In this document: positions 1 to 9,571 of the stretch, one piece after another
Layout: every line of letters starts with the position of its first letter
How positions within the stretch are numbered: the first letter of the stretch is position 1
Origin: Tubiluchus corallicola
Lineage: Eukaryota; Animalia; Priapulida
DNA: 13,983 nt
Assembly: GCA_030141605.1 (NCBI GenBank)
Contig: JAQGDQ010002129.1
Span: forward strand, 1-13,983
Direction: 5' to 3'
Notes under the pieces: model-generated
Databases searched by the model: none
The model's input: only the letters and a program-made list of their open reading frames with translations
Told to the model about the DNA's origin: nothing
Position numbers and translations under genes: made by a program

Positions 1-4
1 CAAG

Positions 5-1327
5 ATGCCTGGAAGGCCAGGTGGAACGTGCATCGTGGGCAGTGGCAGTGGACAGGAATGCCTGGCATCAACAGGTGGAACGTGCATCGTGGGCAGTGGA
101 CAGGAATGCCTGGCACCAACAGGTGGAACGTGCATCGTGGGCAGTGGCAGTGGACAGGAATGCCTAGCATCAACAGGTGGAACGTGCATCGTGGGCAGTG
201 GCAGTGGACAGGAATGCCTGGCATCAACAGGTGGAACATGCATCGTGAGCAGTGGCAGTGGACAGGAATGCCTGGCATCAACAGGTGGAACGTGCATCGT
301 GGGCAGTAGCAGTGGACAAAAATGCCTGGCATCAACAGGTGGAACGTGCACCGTGGGCAGTGGCAGTGGACAGGAATGCCTGGCATCAACAGGTGGAACG
401 TGCATCGTGGTCAGTGGACAGGAATGCATGGCATCAACAGGTGGAACGTGCATCGTGGGCAGTGGCAGTGGACAGGAATGCCTGGCATCAACAGGTGGAA
501 CATGCATCGTGAGCAGTGACAGTGGACAGGAATGCCTGGTATCAACAGGTGGAACATGCATCGTGGGCAGTGGCAGTGGACAGGAATGCATGGCATCAAC
601 AGGTGGAACGTGCATCGTGGGCAGTGGCAGTGGACAGGAATGCGTTGCATCAACAGGTGGAACGTGCATCGCGGGCAGTGGACAGGAATGCGTTGCATCA
701 ACAGGTAAAACGTGCATCATGGGCATTGGCAGTGGACAGGAATGCCTGGCATCAACAGGTGGAACGTGCATCATGGGCATTGGCAGTGGACAGGAATGCA
801 TGGCATCAACAGGTGGAACGTGCATCGCGGGCAGTGGACAGGAATGCCTGGCATCAACAGGTGGACCGTGCATCGTGGGCAGTGGCAGTGGACAGGAATG
901 CCTGGCATCAACAGGTGGAACATGCATCGTGGTCAGTGGACAGGAATGCGTGGCATCAACAGGTGGAACGTGCATCGTGGGCAGTGGCAGTGGACAGGAA
1001 TGCATGGCATCAACAGGTGGAACATGCATCGTGGGCAGTGGACAGGAATGCCTGGCATCAACAGGTGGAACATGCATCGTGGGCAGTGGCAGTGGACAGG
1101 AATGCCTGGTATCAACAGGTGGAACGTGCATCGTGGGCAGTGGACAGGAATACCTGGCATCAACAGGTGGAACGTGCATCGTGGGCAGTGGCAGTGGACA
1201 GGAATGCCTGGTATCAACAGGTGGAACGTGCATCGTGGGCAGTGGCAGTGGACAGGAATGCCTGGCATCAACAGGTGGAACGTGCCATATTTTAGAACGT
1301 AGAAGCACTGACACAACACACATATAG
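5..1327 (+). CDS. Possible Cys/Gly/Ser-rich repeat protein (GQECLASTGGTCIVGSGS)n; may be a non-coding minisatellite ORF
   Basis: Frame +2 is stop-free across the array while +1 and +3 acquire stops from unit variants. One antisense frame is also open, so coding status and strand are unresolved. Confidence 0.25.
   Translation: MPGRPGGTCIVGSGSGQECLASTGGTCIVGSGQECLAPTGGTCIVGSGSGQECLASTGGTCIVGSGSGQECLASTGGTCIVSSGSGQECLASTGGTCIVGSSSGQKCLASTGGTCTVGSGSGQECLASTGGTCIVVSGQECMASTGGTCIVGSGSGQECLASTGGTCIVSSDSGQECLVSTGGTCIVGSGSGQECMASTGGTCIVGSGSGQECVASTGGTCIAGSGQECVASTGKTCIMGIGSGQECLASTGGTCIMGIGSGQECMASTGGTCIAGSGQECLASTGGPCIVGSGSGQECLASTGGTCIVVSGQECVASTGGTCIVGSGSGQECMASTGGTCIVGSGQECLASTGGTCIVGSGSGQECLVSTGGTCIVGSGQEYLASTGGTCIVGSGSGQECLVSTGGTCIVGSGSGQECLASTGGTCHILERRSTDTTHI
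19..1285. repeat. GC-rich minisatellite, about 24 units of 54 bp with a 48-bp variant (one fewer GGCAGT)
   Basis: Unit GGAATGCCTGGCATCAACAGGTGGAACGTGCATCGTGGGCAGTGGCAGTGGACA; GGAATG recurs at 55, 103 (+48), 157 (+54) and onward; both unit lengths are multiples of 3. Confidence 0.97.
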
Positions 1328-1652
1328 CCAAGCGCTCGATTACAGGACTATAATTGCACTTATGCGACTATCAGGTAATATTTACATTAATACATAATTT
1401 TAAACATATATTAAATAAAATTCATAAATTCAAGTAATAAAATCGTTAAGTCTACGGAACGGGAATGACCTCGATAATTACTCGCTAACTACTAATTAGT
1501 CTGAATGCGCCATTAGACCTATATGGTGTCAGTTATCGTATTTATAAGATTCTGTGGAAATACGTCACATTTTTTAGTTAGTTGGAGATATTACAAAAGA
1601 CCTTGCAACCAGAAGATGAAAAATATTCTGTCAGGTAAATGACGCAGCAAAT

Positions 1653-1739
1653 CATAGACATAGACATAGACATAGACATAGACATAGACATAGACATAGA
1701 CATAGACATAGACATAGACATAGACATAGACATAGACAT
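1653..1739. repeat. (CATAGA)n hexanucleotide microsatellite, about 14.5 copies
   Basis: Directly visible perfect repeat. Confidence 0.98.
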
Positions 1740-1860
1740 GGAACATTTATTTTCTCCAATTAGTTTAACATCAAAAGTTTTTTAAATATTAAGTAATTAT
1801 AATCATGGAGCAGGGCAGGGAAGGACCATAGGGTCATCTAGTCTCCTGCCCTTTCTTATA
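1653..1860 (-). mobile_element. 3' end of a CR1/L2-type LINE or LINE-tailed SINE: stem-loop, AATAAA, microsatellite tail
   Basis: Minus strand reads AGGGCAGG-AGACTAGAT-GACC-ctat-GGTC-cttc-CCTGCCCT (1852-1812), resembling the GACTAGATGACC...GGTC CR1-type 3' motif, then AATAAA (1751-1746) and a (TGTCTA)n tail. Confidence 0.6.
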
Positions 1861-2462
1861 ATTAGATTAGTATATTAAAAATTAACGGTGATGCTGCAGA
1901 TAACAAAAACAAAAACAAATAAGAAAAAATAATAATAAAAACGGTATAAATGATACAAATTATCCAAAAAGAACTGAAAACAAAAAAATAATAAAGTTAG
2001 ATACCTAAATCTAAACAAAACAATACAATTATTCAGTAATTAGGATTATTATATGTAGTAGTTTCAAACGGGATCTTATTAACAGGGGAATTTGAACAAG
2101 GTTAGTGAGTAAAGTTAAAAACTGAGTATGGAAAGAAAAAATAAGCATCAAAAAAGTGTAATATAGAAAAATTTATGAGAAAAAGTAAGTATGAGAAAGA
2201 GCAACAAATCACGTTGCACGAAAGCTTTTTCCTGTCTCTGTTCAATATTCACGATGCCAGCCATTGTGAAGAAAATTGCCCAGAGCTGTTACAGACACGA
2301 GTTTTTGGAAATGGACGTTTAAATTACCGGATATACACACGGCTAAGCAGTTTGACCAGAAGTCAAGCGGATCTCCGGACAGCTAGACAATTTGACCAGA
2401 AATCAAGGTAAAAACTGTTTTTTATAGTCAGTTTTTATTACAGGCACTCAAAACATTTATAT

Positions 2463-3010
2463 TTAAAAACAGCACAACTTTGTTAAAACTTTTACATTAA
2501 AAAGTTAAAATCATGCCAAACGTTTCGACTGCTGTCATCATCAGTGGTACATTTACAAACTTACAAGCAGTCCATACAGGCAGAGCCTATTTTGCACTAA
2601 TTAAGTAATTAACAGAAGCGTATTTCTCTGGGGTAGAAAGAGTATAAATAAATATTGATTCTTGCTGTTGGCTGAACAAATTTGTTGTTGTCTTTGAGAG
2701 ATGGGGTGATGGATGATTTTTTTTCTCAATTAGTGAATAACGAGCTACCGATTTGTACTTTGAATGCTGTTACTTATAACTCTACAAATTAGTTAATCCA
2801 CAGGCTATTACAGATATTATCCTAAATATCAGGAAATACTCTGTCTTTCTACTCTTCTTTACAGCAGAGTAATTATTAAAGTCATACTGCAATACTATTT
2901 TATGAGTAAAGATTTGGGTGTTGTTCACAGATTGCACAAGTCTTACCTCTCCTTTGTAAAATTACTAAAAAACCTGTATAGCTAAATGTCTGTCTTACCA
3001 GTATATTGAG
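2463..3010 (-). mobile_element. Degenerate Penelope-like retroelement 3' part (GIY-YIG remnants plus pLTR with hammerhead)
   Basis: Minus-strand remnants YTGKT (3005-2991, YIGxT-like) and QESIFIYTLST (about 2664-2632, like the ESxxIxxL C-terminal motif), followed by CTGATGA...GAAAC; the terminal segment recurs at 11774-11939. Confidence 0.55.
2514..2549 (-). ncRNA. Minimal type-I hammerhead ribozyme motif (Penelope-type)
   Basis: Minus strand: tacca CTGATGA t GAC-agca-GTC GAAA cg TT tggca. Conserved core, 3-bp stem II, palindromic ACGT in place of stem III, CCA/TGG stem I. Confidence 0.65.
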
Positions 3011-3882
3011 AATTATTAAGTATTATTGTCCAAGTCGGTAGATTTGTTCTTAATCAATAAGCCAAGAAATACTGAAGTTGAACTCAAATCAAAATGTATT
3101 TAACTCCTGTTGTTGATTAATTGCATTATTAACCCAAAGTGTTTTTATCATTTCATAACAATTTTCACCTGTGTTTCACGTAAAATCTAAATGCTATTTT
3201 TAGTTTAATCAAGATTGACCTTATTTTGTTGCCCGCTAATTAAACTATATGTATATTCTTTTCTCTGGATTATATAGCAAATGTCATAATCTTAAAAAGT
3301 ACTAAAGTTTCCTAAATTAAACTGACAACATTAATGCCCACCAGTGTCTAAAAAATCTTTTTATCTATATTCGGAAAAGGATAGCAGACTAGGTGACTTT
3401 ACAGTCTTTTCGCTATCTTTTCTCTAGTTCTAAATCTATCTATACATTTTAACTATTCTTCAAAACTTATTAGAGATTCTTTTATTAATCATGTTTTATT
3501 TTAGCATTATAAAGAGATAAATAAATTGAATTAAGTTGGTAAATTTGTACCTATCCTGTTCGTACTTCAATCGGTAAAATCCTTTAGAGCATAATAGTTT
3601 TAACAGTTAACAACCGGTATGATAAATTCTTCACTGATCACCATTCTTTCGTTTTCGTTTGTCCCCCATCTGTCAAACAATTGTAGTCTATTGTTATGCT
3701 ATTTATGTTAATGGTGGGTGGCCCGTAAGGGTTTGCGGCTTTTGGGTCTCGCAACCAACATCTGTATGTAAACAATGTATAATGTTTCCAAGTGATGTGG
3801 GTTAAATAAAAAATAAGTATTGCAAATTCTTTAAATAAACAAGAAAAGCCATGTTTTGTTTGTCAATTAAAATATCCTTTAA

Positions 3883-4502
3883 CCCTTATAGGGTCACCGG
3901 GGGGGGGGGGTAAAAATTACCCCCAGACCGGTTTTTTGCCTTTTACCCTTTTACCATACGCATGCCAGTAAACCTTTTCTATGACTATTTCTAATCATGT
4001 TTTGTGCACAAAATACTTTCAGTTGTTTATTTTAGGCGCATTGTCTCACCACGAAATAAAAGTAGAAATTCAATATGTCGATTTTTTAAAATTGTCAAAA
4101 CTTTACTTGGCTTGTCTATACATTATACGGGCGATGTATCTGATAAAACGAAATGTCAGTTACTCAAATTACTCCACCTAAAAGAAGAAAGTAGTAGACA
4201 ATAAATTCAAAATAACAATGATTTTTGCACACGCGCTAGCAATGACGACTGTCTACAGTTATTCCAGCATAGATAAGGGAACGTAACTAAGTGAATTTAA
4301 ATTTCGCATTACTAAGTAAGTCACATGTCTTTAAGCAAAGGTATAATGTATCCTATGGTGGTCAGCATAACCACAAATTATGCTGTTGCTGTTTACTAAT
4401 GAAACACGGCGGTTTATCAAAAGTAATTTACGAATTATGGTGGGGTAATTTTTCACCCCCGGTTACGAAAATCAGTTGTAAAATATCGTGACCCGTTAAG
4501 GG
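3883..4502. mobile_element. Non-autonomous piggyBac-type DNA transposon (MITE), 620 bp
   Basis: TTAA at 3879-3882 and 4503-4506; CCC...GGG ends; TIR CCCTTAtaGGGTCAC vs CCCTTAacGGGTCAC (13/15); subterminal inverted repeat CCGGGGG..AAAAATTACCCCA at about 3897-3924 and 4441-4462 with asymmetric spacing; no transposase ORF. Confidence 0.88.
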
Positions 4503-4832
4503 TTAAGAAACAAAATTTATTACTGATTGCAAAGCAAATAAGCTGAAAAAAAACAGATCTTCTGCCAAAGTTTGGGGACCCCAAGCTTCGTGGGCTCTAG
4601 GTTGCTGCTTATACTAGCCTATAGGCCAAACCTTTCTCCTTTGCTTAAATCATATTATATGTACCGTATCTAATCTCATAATTTTGTGCAGTTAATAAAA
4701 TGAATTGACTTGAATTCAGTATGCAAAAACGTATAATTTTTTACTATTATAATTCTTTATTTTTAAAAACTACAGAATATATTCCCTCTATTTGTAGGGA
4801 TATGTTTAAAATTTCTAAAAGCATTTACAACA

Positions 4833-4867
4833 TATTAAAGCTATTCACACACACACATATATATATG

Positions 4868-4899
<32 letters not shown>

Positions 4900-5090
4900 A
4901 TTTAGAATCCAACGCATGAGACACAATGAACGACAACCAGCATACACAATAGACATAGTTACAAATTATAATCCAATACGTATATAATTTGTAACTAAGT
5001 CTATTGTATATGATCGTTGTCGTTCAATCTGTCTCATGCGTTGGATTCTAAAACATATATATATATATATATGTGTGAATAACTTTAATA
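4833..5090. repeat. Imperfect inverted repeat/hairpin: ~70-bp core arms flanked by (TA)n/(CA)n tracts
   Basis: 4901-4970 (TTTAGAATCCAACGCATGAGACA...GTTACAAATTATA) pairs with 4983-5052 around a 12-nt loop; outer TATTAAAGCTATTCACAC pairs with GTGTGAATAACTTTAATA. Confidence 0.92.
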
Positions 5091-5219
5091 CGTTTAAAGA
5101 GAATATAAGTTTGAGAAAACCAAGCATACGTCTTCATTATTACAAAGATATATCATTGAGTTTACGTGTGATATAAGTACATTACATGTCTGATTTTTCA
5201 CTTTCACATTGCTGACTGT

Positions 5220-5642
5220 CTAGCCTACCTCCCTGCGTGCATTCCTCGCGTTTGGGTCTCCCAGTAGGCTTCCGAAGTCGCCTGTTCTTGGGATACCATC
5301 AGGCTCGTCATATTCAGGAGGGCCAGGGGGCGGTTGCTGAACCCCGTCGATGTTAAAAACGATGTTGATCGAAGCACCGGAGCAAGACGTTGGGCTTCCT
5401 CCTTGGGTTGCAAACAAACGTCTTCTCTGCTCTTGCTCGCGTTGCATACGTTCAGCGTTTATGATAATGTGTTGAATGAATCCGTGTCCATTCTGAGTTT
5501 GCGGCTCGAGTTGAAGACTTCGGGCGTTTTGGAGAATTTGCTCCACGAACTGCCGCTCTCTCTGGAAGTCAGCTGATTGGTCGACTGGCGGAGCTACGGA
5601 GAGTCCAAAGCAACATAAGGCTATCAAGACAATGGACTTCAT
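5220..5642 (-). CDS. Uncharacterised secreted protein or peptide precursor, 140 aa (MKSIVLIALCCFGLSVA-PPVDQ...NARREVG)
   Basis: GC-richer island in an AT-rich background. The internal Met of the 202-aa ORF has AAG-ATG context and a classic signal peptide (basic residue, hydrophobic core, SVA cleavage site). It is followed by a Gln/Glu/Arg helical region, basic sites RRR and RR, and a Pro-rich acidic C-terminal part. Confidence 0.75.
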   Translation of the reverse strand: MKSIVLIALCCFGLSVAPPVDQSADFQRERQFVEQILQNARSLQLEPQTQNGHGFIQHIIINAERMQREQEQRRRLFATQGGSPTSCSGASINIVFNIDGVQQPPPGPPEYDEPDGIPRTGDFGSLLGDPNARNARREVG

Positions 5643-6036
5643 CTTATCAACGTTAATGGTGCTGACGAAAAATGCTTGTTGTTGAAGAATTTTGCAGATG
5701 GCTAAATGCCACGCTCGTAATGTGTCTAGGTGTTTTGTTAACTCCCTTGTGAAAAGGAAAATACATTTTATGCTTGCAGTTTTAAAACAAACAGTAGCTG
5801 TACGATACTGATTAGTAAAATAAAACATATAAGATAAAGTAGTCTACATCTCATTACAAATGTGGAAATGAAATACAATTTTTTTGGAATTTCTGATTTG
5901 AAGAAACTTAATCAAATCATATAATACACTTAAAGGACAAGAAAAGGGATATCTGAAGTGGTTTCAAAAAAGTGCTTTACAAAATTATTCTACTTTGCAG
6001 CAATTTTATGCACATATTGTACTCGCGTTAAAAGGA

Positions 6037-6378
6037 ATTTTTGTTTGTTTTCATTTTAAATCTCCAGCAATACTGTTCTGAAGTCGCCATTACATGACGT
6101 CATATACGCACAACGTAAATCAGGGGAAGAAAAGAAAATGTTAAATTGTATCGCAAAAAACTTTCCATGCAAATCTATATTACTTAGCATCTCGCTAACC
6201 TGCTGGAAAGAGTTATGTAACGAAAAATAATCATTTCAAATGTTTGTGCCAGTTGGTAAAATGTCATTGACTCACCTCCAGGTTGCGCCACTCACTAATT
6301 AAAAAACGTATTTTTAATCTTATCTTTGACAAGATACAGTAATTTGAAATTTTAATTAGTTTGTGACATCTGTCCTAT
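6037..6378 (+). repeat. Copy 1 of a diverged ~340-bp direct repeat rich in TF-site motifs
   Basis: Aligns by eye with 7082-7407; shared blocks include CGCCATTACATGACGTCA, CAAAAAACTTTCCATGCAAA, GCTGGAAAGA.TTATGTAAC and AAACGTATTTTTAATCTTAT. Confidence 0.9.
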
Positions 6379-7081
6379 CGCTTGTCCTACCTTCAGTGTA
6401 AAATCAAATTCGACACGATAATTTCAGTATCAAATCATCAGCATTTTGCTTCATGTACAAAATCCTCATGCACTGATGCTTATACTGTGTCTGTATCAGT
6501 ACTGATAATTCGCCAGGTTTTTTTGCAAATCGTGTTTTGTGTCCAGACAAAAATGACACATTGATGTGGCTGAGTGGACGAGACCTTCATGCTTGGCTTG
6601 TTTACGGCCTTTGCTTATCAAAATAGTAATATAGCTTGTGCAATAAAACTGCAGAAAAAACGGGTTAATACAGAAATTTAAATGAGGATCAATAAGAATG
6701 TGTCTAAATAAAGATTAATATGCAGTACCTAAAATTGGCAAAGCATAGACATTAAATTAACCCTTTGGGTCCCAAATTATTTTTTAATAAAAAACTTTTT
6801 TAAAAACACAACAAAAGCAAAATGTGCTCATTTTGCAACTGCTGATAATTTTTTAAAGTATTTAAGACATTTAGTATGCATGCTATGCTGATCTGTACAA
6901 AGTCGTCTCTAAAGTACTGTACCTTGCGCAGTTTTTTATGCTATGTAGATTTTCTAGTTTGCCATTTTATCACCATTTTAGTCTATTGTTATTGGCTTAA
7001 ATCAAAATAACTATTAACAGATCAAATAACTGTCAGTTTTAAAATTTTATTAATTTTAAAGGCAGAAAATATTCTCGTATC

Positions 7082-7407
7082 GAATTTTCGTTTGTTTTCA
7101 TTGTAAATATCCCACAATACTGTTCCGACGGCGCCATTACATGACGTCACTAAATTAGGAGAAAAAAGAAATTTTAAATTATGCCCCAAAAAACTTTCCA
7201 TGCAAAGTTATATTACTTGGCATTTCGCTTGCCAGCTGGAAAGACTTATGTAACTAGAAATAATAATTCAAAATGTTTTCAAGAATTGGAAAAATGTTGC
7301 TGACTCACCCACCAGGGTGCACCACTCACCTGGCTAAACGTATTTTTAATCTTATTGACAAGATACAGTAGTTTAAAATTTTACTTAGTTAGTAACATGT
7401 GTGCTAC
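7082..7407 (+). repeat. Copy 2 of the diverged ~340-bp direct repeat
   Basis: Collinear with 6037-6378 with scattered substitutions and small indels. Confidence 0.9.
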
Positions 7408-7939
7408 AAATGCTCTGATTATTTACTCAAACTTTACTCAGTGTTGAACTTTTGCAATCATAGCCCTTATGATTGCAGATTATAATGACCTTGGCTACAC
7501 TAGATTGAGGAAAACTCAGGGAAAAGAGGAAAAGAAGTGACGAATTTTTTTGGAAAAAAGATGTAGCCAGAACACTCACAGACAGTGTGCTCTATCAGAT
7601 GGAAGAAAGATGCTAAATTACAGCAAGTGATGCATTATATTGAATTTACCTGAAATTGTATGAAGTCGAATTAATAAAACGAATATTGAAAGTGCCTCTC
7701 AAAACAAGACGCAGTATCGTTTCTTTGTGCAATTTTTTTAATGTAAATGTTCATTAATAAGTCACGTAACTTATCAGTTAAATAAGTGAACAAGACCTGA
7801 ATAACATTTGCTAAAACCTTCAAGGGAAAACCAGACTATTGTTTAGACTGAATCTCATTTTAATTTGCTGTCAAAAGTTGTTACTTATATTTGAATAATT
7901 AGCTTAGAAAGTTAATTAACGGCAATCGAACACAGCTAT

Positions 7940-8237
7940 TGCTTACGTCAGAAACTAACCACAGTTTGAACAATGGCAGGCACCTTCCCTTGCACGTCAA
8001 GCACATTTGCATGCATGTTACCGTACTACTTAAAGGCATGATGTCACGAAAAGTGGGCTCTATATCATATGACGTCAGAAACTAACACAGCAGTTCACGA
8101 TCATGTTTATCACGGTACCGCCTTCTATTTGTCGGCCACGCGCACGTGACTAAAAGGCGCCGCTGCCAATCTTAGTAGATTCACTGAGCCGCGCGTAGCT
8201 TTGAAAGTTTAACAAAATTTGAGTATCCGAGGTAATT
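7940..8237 (+). promoter_or_regulatory. Promoter-like motif cluster, possibly with a non-coding first exon
   Basis: Duplicated ACGTCAGAAACTAAC (about 7946 and 8071; the second within a full CRE TGACGTCA), E-box CACGTG (8143-8148), CCAAT (8166-8170), local CpG enrichment, then donor-like AG|GTAATT at 8232. Confidence 0.35.
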
Positions 8238-8894
8238 GTTATTATTTAATCTAAGCTTTGATTTAAAATAAGCTATTGTAGTTTTCAATATTTTAGAGCA
8301 TTCTTTATTCTGAACTTGCGTTTACACAATCGTCCGGTTTTCCTTTAATTGTAATAGTTTTGTTGCAAATATTGTAACTCATTTTAACCATCTTGTGTAG
8401 ATGAAAAATGTTTGCATTGTTCTGTTCTTTTCTGTTGAAGTACGAATGTAGCAATGGCCCTTGATTATGAACAGTATAAAATTGTATGATCAGATTTAGA
8501 GCAAAAAGTTTAGCTATTTAAAAATTTACCAAAATTTACAAACAATTTTTAATTTAAAATTAAAAATTATATAATAGCAATTTAAATTATTGTACCAGTT
8601 CTTCCATGCTAGGAAACGATTAATCTTGATCATGGGTTATCGTTCTGGAAGATTTGGTTTTGCCGGGTAGAGGTTGATGAATTCCAAACTTTTGTGATAG
8701 CATTTAGTGTAGTTTTGAAGTAGTTTTACGGTAGTTTATGGCGATAAACCATCACTTTTGTAGTAAACCATTAAAAACCATCGTAGAGATAGCTTACATT
8801 GGTTTTCTTTCTAGTGAACGTTTATAGAACTTACAGTTTGAATTCTTTTATAATGCTGTTTATGTGATTTCCAAGGGAATTTGTAAATGAGAGT

Positions 8895-9321
8895 TGTTGT
8901 AATGTGCTGCCACTTAGCGGCCAAATCCGTTACTATACTTTTGCCGTTTTACGGTCTAGATCTGAGTGACTTTGTAAAACGAACTCATGATGTCAGTAGC
9001 GTCTCTGTCATAGTCACACTTACAGGTAACTAGGCCAGTTTTGTTGCTTAGAATGGACCAGGTATAAAAGCCCGTGACAAGCGAGGTACAGTCTCCCTTG
9101 TCTGAGCGACTGTAAGTATCGTACCTTCACTTTTTTGTTGTGCGAAGTGTTAATTTTATTATTTTACTGTGTGAATAGTTATTGTTATTGTTATTTGTGC
9201 TTTTTACTTGAATAATGTTATTTAGAAGACGCGAGTGTACGTATTTTATACTATTATTACTGACTGATGTTGTATTCGTACAAACTTGTGAGATAAGAAA
9301 ATAGTTTTAAAACTTCCAACA
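8895..9321 (+). mobile_element. Probable retrotransposon LTR (BEL/Pao- or Gypsy-like), 427 bp, no internal domain following
   Basis: TGTTGtAA...TTcCAACA inverted termini, TATAAAAG at 9063-9070, Inr-like CAGT at 9089-9092, PBS-like TGGCG immediately after the end. No target-site duplication and no AATAAA seen. Confidence 0.45.
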
Positions 9322-9571
9322 TGGCGGACACAGGCAACTACGTGGCATAAATTTGTAGTGTCATTTTGGGTGCTAAATAAATGAATCCCAGCGACTTTAA
9401 ACTTGCATGTAACAGATTTTTTTTACTTTTCGTCCCACGTGTAGTATTCCCAAACTAACGTCACGTGTTTCGTCATCCCTTCCCATTTTGATGTTAACAC
9501 CGTATGCTAATATTTTTATTATTTACGTCCGAGATAAATAAATTTGATTTGATATGAGTTGATCAGACATT

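Noticed and set aside
2349-2408. Short direct repeat TTTGACCAGAA(G/A)TCAAG, two copies 40 bp apart
   Set aside because: Real but only two copies, with no interpretable context.
3715-3815. GC-rich patch followed by AATAAA as another LINE 3' end
   Set aside because: No recognisable ORF2 remnant or clear tail, so too weak to call.
3981-4491. Three 66-aa ORFs inside the MITE
   Set aside because: Short, AT-rich, with no transposase motifs.
5643-5828. N-terminal 62 codons of the 202-aa ORF
   Set aside because: AT-rich and not protein-like; the signal peptide begins at the Met at 5642, so this is probably 5' UTR/promoter.
6757-6780. TTAACCC as a second piggyBac-like left end
   Set aside because: No matching inverted end with TTAA found downstream.
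7453-7503. 10-bp hairpin TGCAATCATA/TATGATTGCA followed by CTAG as a Helitron 3' end
   Set aside because: The stem is AT-rich, spacing to CTAG is about 22 nt and the next base is not T; could be chance.
8030-8347. TTAAAGG...CCTTTAA as a Kolobok-type element
   Set aside because: The inverted match does not extend beyond AGG/CCT.
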